Part shown: positions 23,529 to 36,992 of the stretch, piece after piece
How positions within the stretch are numbered: position 1 is the stretch's first letter
Layout of the letters: each line of letters starts with the position of its first letter
Assembly: GCA_964270895.1 (NCBI GenBank)
Contig: OZ185438.1
DNA from: Podarcis filfolensis
Lineage: Eukaryota
Length of the DNA: 64,000 bases
Strand: one strand, 5' to 3'
Notes under the pieces: model-generated
What the model was told of the DNA's origin: nothing
The model's input: the letters and a program-made list of their open reading frames with translations, nothing else
The model's database searches: none
Translations under genes and position numbers: made by a program

Positions 23529-25954
23529 TGCATGAACTATGTTCTTACTCATTGTTAAAGAAAGCAGTACTCACTCCTTTATTCCTTGATCAAGAATAGT
23601 CCTATGCAGAACATTTTTTCTGCTTTTTTGTTTTGTTTTTGTTTACTATTCTCTATCCATTAATGAGAAGTTTCATTTAAAAATTATCTAAGGAGAGAGA
23701 GAGAGATGGTTGCTGGTGGGTGTAAAGTGCAGAGTTTGTGTTGCTCTTAGTTTGCTTTTGAGGTGGGCAAAGGTTTTTTTTTAAGAGTGTCCCATCTTTC
23801 ATTCTGCAAATAATCTCTGCAAAGCTCTGAAGTTTGCAGCCTTCCTGAGTGCTCATGCTTACTGAAAAGCTCATGACATCCTTGTCAGGACTTTCTTGTA
23901 AGTGTAGAAGAGATGGATGCTGCCGATTGTGTGCCTAGCTGCTGTTCATTGTCTTTTTTCTAATAAAAGAAAAAATAAATCTTTTTACTTTTAAAGAAAG
24001 CAGAGCAGAAAGTTTTTTTTTTTTTAATGCTAAAAGGAAGCACTTAAAAACAAGATTAGCAAGCTCAGTAGCCACCACACAACCCTCTCTGCATCTAAAC
24101 TCAGGGAAAGTCTTCATGATGTAACTCCACCTATAGGGCTCTTTGAAAATGGAAAGCACAGACAGCTGAGAAGGCTATGTGAGTGTTGGAGAAACTTTTA
24201 ATAGGAAGAAAAACATACTGCCACCCACAGCCACTTTACAATAGTAAAGCAAGTTCAATTCCATGCCCACTGTTAAGTATAAAGAAATGATACTTAAAGT
24301 ACCTTGTGAAAGAGGCAGAAAAAATGAAGTCTGTTTCACAGGTGATGAACACTTTTGAGAAATTGGGGGACAGGATTTGGCACAACACTAATTAGGACCA
24401 AACAAAATGTCAGTGTTGTGAGCAAGCTTTTGAGTTCTCCCGAACTCTTCTTCAGACTGGATGTTTAATAAAAGAAGAAAAAGTAGGGCATGCTGCCAGG
24501 GCCCCAAATTCTGCTCTTTGCAAGTGTCTTAAGCTGAAGTGGAGGAGGTGGTAGTGCCAGATTCATTAAATTAACTTCTGCTAGGTGCTAATCACCAAGG
24601 GCTCCTGGTGCAATGAACTGTAATATCATCCCACTGTTCATTAAATTTTTTAAGTTATAAAATCTAGCAGGTACTTGATTCTGTCTCCAGCACCAGGTGA
24701 AGCACATAAGATTCCTAGGAAGGCAGATAACAGATAGAAAGTGTGGTCGTTTTCATAATAGCAAAGCTGGATATTAATTTTTGGTGATCTACAGTGCATA
24801 TGACTCTTTCTCATTTCATATTTACAAGAAGCTTGCGAGCTAGATTAGGCTTGTCAGTAGTGAGCTGCCCAAGATTACCCAGAGATTCATGACTTGGGTG
24901 AGGGACTAAACCCAGATCTTCCCAGTCATTTCTGTTTGTACAAGATAAAGGCTCAACAGAAGCAAAATCGGGAAGCATTATCTAATAGTTTTATTTTTAT
25001 TTCAGGATTTATAACCCACACTTCCATAAAAATATGTCAAGGATATAAGAATAAAATAAGCAAATGTTTCCATAAAAACATTGCTCTGGTTATCCCTTTG
25101 GGATCCCCTGCCCTAACGATCCAATACAGCTACCTTCAAATCATGAATTATTTTGTATTCAGAAGCTCGGGACTCTTGGAAAGAAGAACCTGGACTCAGG
25201 CTACACTTGTTAGATGAAGAGGTTTATTGTAGTAACCTTTCCTTGCAGTTACATACAGACTGGTGTTCTGCCTTCCAGAATTCTTTGTAGGGTGGGCTTT
25301 ACCAAACTCAGCCCAGAGCATTCTGGAATCTTGGTATGGATGGAGGAATATAGCTATGGATGCTATAGCTATTACAAACACTATGCATGACCAACCAATG
25401 TAGGTAAGAGTGTGTCGTGCATGCATTCACAACCCTGAATATATTCATTACTTATGGAAAATCTTAATAAAAACTTATTTTTCAACAAAAACAAACCAAA
25501 CCAGAGTATGTAGGGCAGGAGGGCCAGATCTACCGATTTCTGCAAATAAGGCTGCAGTTCCATTATGAATCCAAGGGGAGGAGCACATCTGTTCACAAGG
25601 CTGAGATGTTTCAATGTTTATTTTTGTTCTTAGGTGTTTGTTGAGTGTGCTGTCAGGATTAGTATATGTGTGAGTGAATGCATATTGATTAGAGGATGTG
25701 TATTGATGGCTCTTTGTAGTCGGGTCAGTGAGTTGTGCACTTGAGTTTGTTGCAGGCTGCAAAAATGCATTAACTATTAAATAAATTCTGGAGAATGGTT
25801 GTAGCCAAACTGGAGCCCTTAACTCTGGCATGTCAAGGGGTTTTCTGAAGAAAAGAGCATATTAATTTTCATCTTTTACAAGTTCAGAAAGCTTAAGAGC
25901 ATCATCTGATAGGGGAACACCAGCCTCAGCCAGTTGCATGAAAATTCTGAAGTA

Positions 25955-26141
25955 CAGTGGTACCTTGGGTTAAGTACTTAATTCGTTCCGGAGGTCCGTT
26001 CTTAACCTGAAACTGTTCTTAACCTGAAGCACCACTTTAGCTAATGGGGCCTCCTGCTGCCGCCACACCGCCAGAGCACGATTTCTGTTCTTATTTTGAA
26101 GCGTATGTAACCTGAAACATATGTAACCTGAGGTACCACTG
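25955..26141. mobile_element. pogo/Tigger-like MITE, family 1, internally deleted
   Basis: Both TIRs and the TA TSD present; 187 bp versus ~242 bp at 61760. Confidence 0.92.
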
Positions 26142-28164
26142 TATAGTAGCCTGGTCAACTTAAACAACAAACCTATTCATACAAAATAGGTATTGTTATA
26201 CTGTATTAATCAGATAGCCTTTTTAATCTTCAGGTGTCTCACAAATCTTGTAGCTATCAATTCCATTCTTTAGTGGAAATCTGAGCTAGCGATAATAGAA
26301 TCTGAACCCTAAGTCCAGTTCCCTGTTCTTCAGACTACTATTTTATTTAACAAATTTCACCCTTCTTCCGATTTGCTTACACCACTATATTTTAAGAACC
26401 ATCTCTGGTTGGCTAGGTTGAGAAGCAGAGATGGTTCTAAGGTCACCCAGTGAGTTTCACAACTGAGGAAGAACTCAAACTCACATCTCCGCAGTCCAAC
26501 TATATCATTATGTCCAGTGATGGGAAGCCTCTGGCCTTCCAAATGTTGTCCCATTACCCCTCCCATTCTTGGCCTCTAACTACATCTGGAGGAGCACAGA
26601 TTCCCCCCCCCCTCTATCTGCTATACTACTGAATCTCATTGAAGACACAGGATGAAGTTGAAGTTTATATGCCAAGGAATGAGTGTGTATGTGAATAGTG
26701 ACCGAGAAAGGGACATTTATGCATAAGATATGTGGGGAAGTTTGATGTTATGTACAGAGGCAGTCACGATTCCAGGAAGGGGAGGGAAAGACCTCAATGC
26801 ACAAATTTGGCTCCTGCTAGCTATCCCAGTGAAAGTTTTTATCCCCCTTTTTTGCATAGAAAATCAGAGAGCTACCTATAAAATGGCAAGCACAATTCAG
26901 TTCCTGTTTATTACATAGGAAAACATAGTAGCCAGCTTGCCTTCCACATGGGACAGCCCAAACTCAGAGCTCAGTATTCATTAATGCTGCCATCTGCCAA
27001 TCACACAGATGACCACATGAAGCCATCTTAAAAAGAGTCAGACCATTGGCCTTTTTTTTGCTCAGTACTAGCATTCTTTGACTAGTACTTGCTTTGAAGG
27101 GCACTGAGGCAGATATTTCCCACCCTCTCTACTTGAGATTCACTTTTAGCTAGAGAGGCCAAGGTCTAATCTTGGCGTTTTCTGTATTCACAACATGTAT
27201 TCTACCATTGAGCTATGGCCTCTCTCCAACCATAATCACAGCATATTCACATCACTGAAAGTGCAAAAGAGGAACATGTATGGTAGGTGAACATTGTTGA
27301 TTGAGGACATTCATATGCCTGGATATGTGGACTGTCTCTGTGCCTTGCATAAAAATGAATGTTTCACAAACCAGGATAATTCTTGCAGTAACAAGTCATA
27401 ATATATTTAATTTAATGCTGTTTGCAGCTGACTAGAATGCTAATGTAAAGCTTGCTTACAAACGTTTCACAGTATTCACAGTGTTATCTTGCGTGAAAAC
27501 ACAAAATGCTGAAGCTTTCTATCTCCAGTACCAGGAAAACAATTAAGCAAGCTTGTGGGTGAAGAAGGCAAGGAGCAAGTCTCCAGAATGTGAAAACTGT
27601 CATGCCAACCTTTACGTAGATTGCTTTGTACTACAAATTTGATCTTAAAAGGCTGTACTTTTGGAGGTCATGCTAACCTAATTATATTTTTGTTGGTAGC
27701 TGTGGCAACAGCTGCATAACATGTGTGAGCCCAGGAGGGTGGGGAAAAAAACATGTTTGTCTTGCAAGATTCCTGTAATGATTGTGGTAGCACAAACCAC
27801 GAGGTCTTCTCCTTGACACAAGTTTGGGCAGCTTCTATGAAATCAGTTTATTATTTAGTAAATTTCTATACTGCCCTTCATCCAAGGATTACAGTGTCAT
27901 CTGACTATGATAATTATTGACCTTGTATTGCCTTTTAATTAACAATGGGTGTGCCACATTAAAATGTTGATGGTTTCCAGTTGTGCCTGTCTTCTGGGGA
28001 GAAAATGGATACATGGTATGAATTTCTCATTATGATTTCTTGCTCTTAGACTGCATTAGTCTCCTGTCCTGCTTGGTGTCCTAAAGAAATCAACTGTTCA
28101 GGAATTAAAAACAGTCAGAGCAGAAAGATATAAGTTTATAAGGACTGAAGAATATTTAGATAAG

Positions 28165-28435
28165 AATGTAAGAAGACACTTCTGGATCAGGAAATTGGCT
28201 CATCTAGTCTAGCATCCTGCTCTCACGATGGCCAACCTGAGGATGAGAGCACTGTCCCCTCATGTGGCTTCCAGCAACTGGTATTCAGAAACATTACTGC
28301 CTCCAACCACAGAGGCAGAACATAGCCATCATGGCTAGTAGCCATTGCTAGGCTTATCCTCCAAGAACTTGTCCAAACATCTTTTAAACGCATCCAAGTT
28401 GGTGGCCATCACTGCAGGAATTCCATAGGAAAATT
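28165..28435 (-). mobile_element. Old CR1-type 3' end fragment
   Basis: GGATCAG...CATCTAGTCTAGCATCCTGCTCTCAC and CATCCAAGTTGGTGGCCATCACTGC shared with 51012-51925. Confidence 0.6.
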
Positions 28436-28817
28436 ATATGCTGCATTAAGAAGTCCAAATTGCCATAGTTTGAGTGGAACAGAGGTATCCCATCCAGCCC
28501 TAATCAGCTCCACAACCCTTTGTCTTAAATGGGGAAACAACCACCCCAATGGCATGCAGGCAGGCAGAATATACCCCAAATGGGATGCTTCAGGGGCTGG
28601 AGGAACATAGGATCTGCTGGATCCTGTGCAGACACTGCTGCCATCATGTGACTCATCCTGGATTCTTCATTATGCCATCTTGGGATTGGGCACTGTAAAG
28701 GGGCCTCTGGCCAGTGCAAGTACTGGGACTGAGACATTTCATCAGACCCATTCACTGATAGCCAGGGGTTTTGATTTCAGCCTAAGTCTGGGTTCAGCCG
28801 TAGTAAACTTGGTATTC

Positions 28818-29887
28818 TCTTTTTTAGTTTTATAATTTTTTATTAAGCTTTTCCTTTACAAATAAATCCGTACAACTATGTTTACAAATTTCCTGTTTTT
28901 GAACTTCCACCAGCACATCCCTCAATCATCCATTTTTCTTATCTTCACGCATTTTCTATATGATATTGCCAATTTAATATTATCTTTCCATCTCTATTTC
29001 TTTTTTACAATATACCTTATACTATCACAAAGCCTCCTTAAAACCCACTAGCGTTGTCTGTTCATCACAGATAGTTTTCAGATAATCCGTGAACTTTCCC
29101 CAGTCCTCGATGAATTTGTGATCTTTCTGATATCTGATTTTTCCAGTCATTTTATCCAATTCTGCATAGTCCATAAGTTTCATTCTCCACTCATTCAAGG
29201 TCGGTAGTTCCTCTTGTTTCCATTTTTGGGCCATTAATATTCTTGCCGCTGTTACTGCATACTGAAAAAGTTTGTGATCACTTCTATTTATCTCTCTTCC
29301 TGTTATTCCTAACAAAAAGGCTTCTGGTTTTTTTTACAAACGTGTATTTAAACATCTTTTTCAACTCATTATATATCATTTCCCAGAAACCCTTTACCCT
29401 CTTACATTCCCACCACATATGAAAAAATGATCCTTCTTTTTCTTTACATTTCCAACACTTGTTACATGTTTTGAACATTTTTGCTAACTTTACGGGTGTA
29501 ATATACCATCTGTATACCATTTTCATAATATTCTCCTTTAACGCCATACATGCAGTAAATTTCATATTTTCATTCCATACTTTTTCCCAATCAGCCAACT
29601 GTATATTATAACCAAAATCTCTGGCCCAATGTATCATAACCGACTTTATCTCCTCATCTTTCGTTTGCCATTCCAAAAGTATTTTGTACATTTTTGACAT
29701 TGTCTTAACATCATTGTCAATTATCTCTGTTTGAAATTTCGATTCTTTCTCTATATAGCCCCTCTCTTTAAGGTCCTTTTTAAACATTTCATTTACCTGA
29801 AGATAATGCAACCAATCATTCCCCCCCCCTCTTTAATTACTACTCTCCATAGGTAATCCAATTCCCTCTCATATTGATTTTCTTTAC
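28818..29887 (-). mobile_element. L1-clade LINE 3' end (ORF2 C-terminus), frameshifted
   Basis: ORFs 29284-29811 and 29025-29315 with YRWY and the Cys-rich CWKCKEKEGSFFHMWWEC motif, then AARILMAQKWK; A-rich tail with AATAAA at ~28840. Confidence 0.9.
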
Positions 29888-32800
29888 ACTCAGTGTGGAA
29901 CTTTGGGTTCCAGTATATTTTTATACCTATCCCATATTTCTATTATGGAGCTCCTGAAAACATGATTATCAAAACCCTTGTGACTTTTCTTCCTCTCCAA
30001 CCATAAATAGGCATGCCAACCAAATCTATTATCAAAACCTGGTGTGAGAGGTCACACCAGGTGCAGAACTTCTGGGGTGCTGCAGCAGGCAACACAACTA
30101 TGACATCCCATGGATGGTGGGGGAAGGGGAAGCCAGATTTTGGCATTGTACTGGGTGCTGCTGAAATTTGAGACACCAAGGTCCACCACTAACGGAAGTG
30201 AAGGGCAGCTGAGGATGGTAACTGCATCTTTAACACTTCCAGCAGCCCCTTTATAGAGTCTTTCTGAACTATTCACCACCCAACACAGAGTTTACTGCAG
30301 ACATTTCTCCACTTCTTTAATGAAGATATTGAAAATCATGATTGGCAGAATGATTTGCTCATGACTTGTTATTACATCCCACTTTGAGATGCACAGCTGC
30401 TTTGTGAAAAGGGCTCGGTATGCATTAAGATCCTGCCTGAGTGTATTTGTGAGGATTGCAGAGTTAGCATTGGGCCTGCTTCACAAGCTAAGAGAAGAGG
30501 ATGGGTCCCAGGTTTTCCAATGCAAGTTACTGGCTTTCGGGAGGGTGGGGTGGGGCTCTGGCTAAACACTGTCCTAAACCCTGGCTTCTTGCTTGCCTCT
30601 TCCTCTGAGCCAGAGTGTGTGAATGAGCAGGTGGTAAAAGTGATGACTCCTGCTGCTCTTCTCCCCTGCTGTTGCTTGCCCTTGAGATGGGCAGGGAACG
30701 AACAGATTGGGAGCTCCTGCTCTTCTTACTCCCGCTGTCAGTGCTTTGCTCACTTGCCAGTCTCTCCGGAGAGGGTGAGCAAGTGGGGATCGTGCAAGGA
30801 GGATGAGAAGCAGGAGAAGAAGCTGCTGTCTGCTTCTTTGCCTCACACTTCTCCTCTGAGCAGTGGCAGGGATTTTGAATCCAGGCTGGGCTAAATTGCC
30901 ATTGACTCCCAGACGGAGAAGCAATTTATCAGTGGCTGCTACTTTTCCTTTGCCCACCTGTCCAAAGAAGCAGATGGGCGAAAGTTCAGGAAAGCAGAAA
31001 AACAAGGCGAGGGACAGCATCGTTTGTGGCTTCCTCTTCTTTCCACTTCACTGTTGTTACTTGCTTCCTGCCTTCTCTCTCTCAAGGCAAAAGGGCGAGA
31101 GTGGACAGAAGAGTGAGCAAGCATGTGGCAATGGCAAAGTGGAGCATCAGCAGGGCCAGAGGGTTTGGCTCCATAGTGGGCCTTGTGCTGGGATGTGGGT
31201 CTCAACAGGTGCCAAATATGGGAAATCACCACACAGTCGGAAAACTGAGTGGGTCTGCCTTCAGTGAGAAGAGTCAGGAATCTTAGCTATCCTGAGCTGA
31301 AGGACAATTCACCCAAAGCCTAACTGCAAATGTTATCTATCCTTCCTTCCATCCATCTAGCTAGCTAGTTGCTAGCTATGTACTGTATATATAGTAGATC
31401 AAGCTTCAACTTTGGGCACCCTTTCTGTGCCTCACTCCCCACCTTGGTCCATGTGTGCTCCAATACAATGTTTATGACCTAAGAACATAGGGGGCTACCT
31501 TAGTCTATTGTCAGACCACTGGTCCATCTACCTCAGTCTTGTCTAAAGTGGCTAGCAGCAGCTCTCCAGAATTTCAAGCAGGGGTCTCCTGCAGCTCTAC
31601 CCGAGATGCCAGGGATGGAACCTGGGACCCTTTGGATGCAAAGCAGTACCACTGAACTACTGCCCTTCCCTAATACTGAGAAAGAGGTTTACAGACATAT
31701 ATCTGGATTCTGTCATTGAATGTAGGCCTTGAATTTCATTACAGAGTATACTCATAGTGGAGGAAATGTGCATGAACCCAGGGTTTGCTCCAGCATTCTG
31801 CTGCATTAATAACCTATTATATGTACCTGGGCTATATTTTTTAAGCAGCTCAGGGCTAGTTCTTTGTTTAGTTATTAAGATTTTACATTGTTCTGGGGTT
31901 GTTCCTTCAGTTTTGTAATAACATTTGTTGAATAGGCAATTAAAATAGGCACCCTACTGGTCCAAATCCATATTTTCTCAACATTTTGTGTATTCTGCCA
32001 GGAAATAAATGTTACATAGCATTTGGGCAGTTTACGAAAATGATATATTTGCTTAAAAAACACACAAAACTCAACCAAGCAGCCTTAAAAATTGACAAAA
32101 ATGCCAAAATGCATAGAATGAATCATAGCTTAAAAGCAAAAAAGGATTAAAATCATATGTTCGTTAACTTAAAAAAAGCATGACTTCTTGGTATGTAACT
32201 TCATTCAACCCAAAGAGATAAAATCTGTTTTGATGAATACAGATAATATTATTCCAGTGTTGTGGTGGGGTTAGATTCCTCAGCTTGCTAGAAAATAATA
32301 CTTGGCTTCTTTCTCCAGCTATAATTGATATACCCCTATCATTGCTCAAATAGAAGGAATGTGAATACCATTCATGGTGAGGTGTAGGCCATAGCTGTCC
32401 TTTGGCTCTCTTGTGAGGCAAAATGTGCCACAATATTCTTGGGTGTAACAGGACATTGGCCCAAAGGTGATTTAGAGAGAACAAAAATATGAAAAAAACC
32501 ATTTGTTATCTTGCCATCTTCGTATAATATAGGACATTGATCCTCAGGGCTGGCCCATGACATTTTGCTGCCTGAGGCAAAGGACAAGATGTCTCCCTTC
32601 ATTCCACATATAGAAGCCAATGAGAATGGCAGTTATATTTTACATCAACATCCACCACTGCACCTTAGGACAACAGGCACATTTCGGGGGTGCAAGGCAG
32701 TCAACCTGACACTTCAGCACCTCACTGCTGCTCTGCATACCCCAGCACCTGCCACCTGAGACAGCTTTGTCACTTGGTATAATGGTAGGTTCAGCCCTGT

Positions 32801-33248
32801 TACCCCTCCTCATGTAGTTCTACCTTCCACAACAGAAGGTAACATAGAAACAGGGGTATTGTTCATTCCTCTTTCATTTTATTTTGGAAAGTAAAGTAAT
32901 GATCTTGTTCAAAGGCAGCAGCAACCACATGAAATTTAATTTATGGAGGGGGTATATATGTGTGTGTGTGTTTGTTTGTTTGTGTGTATGCTGGTTTCTT
33001 TAATCCTTGGAGTTTAAAGGCACCAAAAAAGTGCAGTGTGCTAAAAAATAAAGAGCATGTGACTTTATCAAAGAAGGAGACCAAAGCTGAATAGGGGTGT
33101 TTGTGTGTATTGGCAGAGTCTTGTTAGTAGGCACATTAAGGCAATCCAGCTGATAGACAGAAGCCTTTATGTAAAGGAAGTAAAGCTCTACAGATTCTTT
33201 TCATCTTTTACCTATTTTTTCCTTAATTAGAAGTTTGGTTTGCTTTTG

Positions 33249-33618
33249 TGAAATATACTCAGAGTCGCAAAGTGATTTCATGCTCTTTATTCAGCTCATA
33301 GTGGTGAGGAGGAATGAATCCAAGTCCCCTCAAAGTATCTGCTTTATATACATTATTTACACAATGGGCTGCACATGATTGGCTAATTCCGGAATTCTAC
33401 TGTAAGCCAATCAGGTTGTGGATTCACTTCTATCTGGAGCATGATTGGGTGGTTCCTGCCAACCAATCATACTGCTGCATTGTTCTAGGACCAATCAGAC
33501 TGCTGCATTCTGAATCCTATTGTTCTAGGACCAATCAGACTGCTGCCTTTTGGATCCTATTGTTCTAGGACCAATCAGACTGCTGCAGTTTGGATCCTAT
33601 TCAACTCAGTACATAACA
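33249..33618 (-). mobile_element. Solo LTR (370 bp) with 40-bp CCAAT-box tandem repeats
   Basis: Minus strand TGTTATG...ATTTCA; 5-bp TSD TTTTG (33244-33248, 33619-33623); minus-strand TATATAAA (~33345-33352) then AATAAA (~33286-33291). Confidence 0.88.
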
Positions 33619-35750
33619 TTTTGTTTCCCGCCACCTCCCCAAATACACTCACACTCACAAGCATGAGCATTTTCTCATTTGCTTCTTTCTGGCCACAGAG
33701 CATTTGTCAACAGGCCACTGGAAAAATATCTAGGCCCAAGAAGAATGACAATGGATCCTCTTCTAGCATATGCTGAAAATAAGGCCAATTAGACTATGGC
33801 TAGTATTCAGGGTTGTTGTTTTTTATAGATTTTATGCTAAATCTAAAATTTTATACTTTTAGATTTTATACCTGTTAAAAGAAAGCTTTATATGACCATA
33901 TTTTAAGACTCTAAAGTAGGCTGCCATATTATCTTATTATTATTCATGAGGGGTTTTTTTTTTGGGGGGGGGGGTCTTATTTATGCTAGTGTAAATGAAA
34001 AAAACATTCAAAAATTTATTTGCAAAGGTACTGAAGTCCAGCAATGTTGGCAGCCCTTCCAAAGCTTATCTTTCTTTTCCTATGCCTAATTTCCTGTCAC
34101 ATTGTTTATGCAACAATGAAAACATAACCTACACACACACTGAGTATAATCCCGGCAAGAGTAAGAGCATAGGTCTCTCTGGCAGTCAGCTATGGAAACA
34201 TAAAGATTCAGAAGTGACTGGTTTTAGTGCAGTCTTTGCTCTTCCAAATCCAACTTAAAATGCACCACACACTCTCTTCACATGTATTCTTTTGGATCAT
34301 AATACACAGAAAAGTAAACATGTGTAATTCCCATTGGGATTTACGCACCTAGTTTAAGTATTTAAGTCCTTTTGATATCAATGGGAATTAGCTGTGTTTG
34401 GCTTATCTGGTTTGCATTCATTATAACCCTAGGTGAAACAAATGAGAACAAAAGAAATATCAAGGTGGGAGATATGATCCAAAAGTATTAGGGAGGTAAA
34501 TAAACCCTTAGGCAGGTATATCAATCCACTCATAGGCAGCCTATTATCCATAGAATCAGAGCAGGGGAATTTCATCTACCTGGAATGAATTAAGTTGTTC
34601 TGCTCCATTCAGATAGCTGTATTATATCGATCCCTGTTCTCCACTGCTGAGCCACAGAGGGAGGGCCTGGTTATGAAGCTTCCATTCCCATATGGAGAAT
34701 CTGTGTCTTCCTCAGTAAGGAGCTATTGTGGAAAGAGACTAGAAGAGTAACCACCCAAACTCACTTATCACCAAAGTATGTCAGGATGGAATACCTATCT
34801 TAGAGGCTTCCTTTTGCTCAGCAGATGTTTAGCAGTTGACCTGCCTGGTACAGAACACAAGGGGCAATTGTGGATCAGCAAGCAGCTGTACCAAGGTACA
34901 GATTTTCTACTCATGCAAACAAAGCCTTAGAGGAGGATACAGTTTCTAGAGTGCTGTTCTTCTTTGAGGACAACAAAATCTATTTGGGAATCTGATTGTT
35001 CCATCACTCCCTCCAATAGCAAACTCATGGATGGCCACCGAGAAACAAGATGGAGATAATTGGCATGCTTGCAGGAACCCCTAAGTCTGCAGAAGTACAG
35101 TTGTTTATATATAGAATAAAACCTAGGGGCAGAAAACAAGCCCAGTGAGGAATGAAAATGCTCAGTAGTTGTGGAATTTTGACTGTCAGTTGGGAGGGAA
35201 AAGGAAGGAACTGGAGCATCCTGAAGGAAAGAACAGCTGACAGGAAAGAACCAGAACACTCATTCTAGCTATGGAGGATACGCTGCAATATTTTGTTACA
35301 GATTCCACTTGTCTTCTAGCACAACCTAACATTCGTGCATGCACACATATTCACTATCTTCATAGTGTGAAGATCTGAAAGCCATTGATAGGAAAGCTGA
35401 ATTAATATGGCGTGGTTTATTCCCATTAACATGCAAGTGCACACTTTTTGTTTATCTCCCCCCAGGAGCACACTGTGTTAAGTATGAGAGAAAATAACAA
35501 CTATCTGCACGTCTGCACACACACACGTGTTTATTCTACATTTTCTAGGGCCTGGTTAGTTCTGTGGAGTGTGGCACTCCATCACTTTACTCAGTGGGGC
35601 ATAATTACTCATAACTTGAAGGCTTTATCTCCTGGCTGCTTCTAGCCAAAGAGGAGAAGGAAGGCAAATTGTGATTATAAACTCTAAGATTGTTTAATTA
35701 TCACATTTAATTACTCGAGCCTTGGGCTTGATGGTTGCAAAGTTCCAGGT

Positions 35751-35753
<3 letters not shown>

Positions 35754-35792
<39 letters not shown>
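35754..35792. repeat. (CT)n microsatellite
   Basis: Direct reading of the sequence. Confidence 0.95.
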
Positions 35793-35793
<1 letters not shown>

Positions 35794-36857
35794 ATGGATT
35801 TGTAGGAGCAGAAAATGCATAGAAGAAGACATTTGTGTAGTTGGTGTTTTCGTGAAGGTGCCATTGGCCGACTCTTGGACACAATTTTGCAGTGTCCTCA
35901 ATTGTTTTACATACAGTTTAATTAATTGGGTGGATTGTGCACCTTGCTTCTAATAACTGGAAACAAGATTATTTCCTCTCAATTCACCCATTCCTTTTGC
36001 CCACTGCATGTATTTTGTGCCACCATTTTCTAACCTGGTTGATGCCAGATACTTGGCATCTGTATTCAGGATTGGGTGATTTTCTGTACTGCATACCTTT
36101 TCTTCTTGTTCCTTTAGGAGGCCGAACTAGATCATGGGATGATAACCATGCTCTGTCAGCCTCTGTGCCTTCCATACAAAGCTCCTTGAGCACTTTACAA
36201 GCATTAATAATTGAAACCTCCTCTGCCTTCTCTGGAGAGATATTTCTCACAGTCTACTCAGCAGTACTATCCAAGACTTATCATTCCAGAAGAAGAGGCC
36301 TTCTGTTTTTAGTTGTACATCGGGTGGATACTTACATATTACAAAAAAAGGGCAATAGATCTTCAAATGCTACTTAAATGCACAAATGCAAATTTAGAGG
36401 AGATCACTGCCATAATTTAAATATAATTCATCTCACCATAGTGGAGAAGGCCCACTCAGGCTGCTGTCCAGGTGCTGACTGTGGATGGGCAATCTAAAAT
36501 CTTCCCCTGCTCTTTCTTACTTATAATTCTTTATCTTTAAACTGGGCTTGAATCAGTCAGCCTTTCAAATAGAGGACTTCCCACTGGTAAAGGAGGACCA
36601 ATTACCACCCTACTTTATGTGTGCATGTCAGTATGTCAGTTATTGCTTATCTTAAGTTCCTCATTTTTCCAGTCTTAAGTTCAGCATTCCATGACAGTTT
36701 GGGAATGTTCTTTAAAAAGTTCTCATGAAACTTCATCAGCATTTTAATGCAAATGTCTCCTCATATAAACATTTTGCATGCATTCCCTCCCCCCCTAATG
36801 TACTTGTTTCTGCAAAGAAGTTATCCCTAAAATAATGCATTTTTGTATGTTGTTGTA

Positions 36858-36992
36858 CAGGCATAGGCAAACTTGGCTCTCCAGATGTTTTGAGACTACA
36901 GTTCCCATCACCCCTGACCACTGCCCCTGTTAGCTAGGGATGATGGGAGTTGTAGTCCCAAAAAATCTGGAGGGCCGAGTTTCCTAAGCCTG
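36858..36992. mobile_element. Palindromic hAT-like MITE
   Basis: CAGGCATAGGCAAACTTGGC / CCGAGTTTCCTAAGCCTG termini; core shared with 8061-8197. Confidence 0.75.

Noticed and set aside
25154-25430. LTR-like segment (TGTATTC start, minus-strand AATAAA)
   Set aside because: No matching end or TSD could be found.
30574-31020. 148-aa minus ORF with a signal-peptide-like Leu run
   Set aside because: The run comes from a CT-rich tract, lies ~65 codons into the ORF and has no suitable ATG before it.
33481-33600. Regularly spaced repeats that might suggest a CRISPR-like array
   Set aside because: The units are contiguous tandem copies without unique spacers, inside a eukaryotic LTR.
35937-36377. 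Overlapping 146-aa (+) and 88-aa (-) ORFs with a good plus-strand acceptor at ~36118
   Set aside because: No recognisable domain, no matching donor on the plus strand and no credible acceptor on the minus strand.
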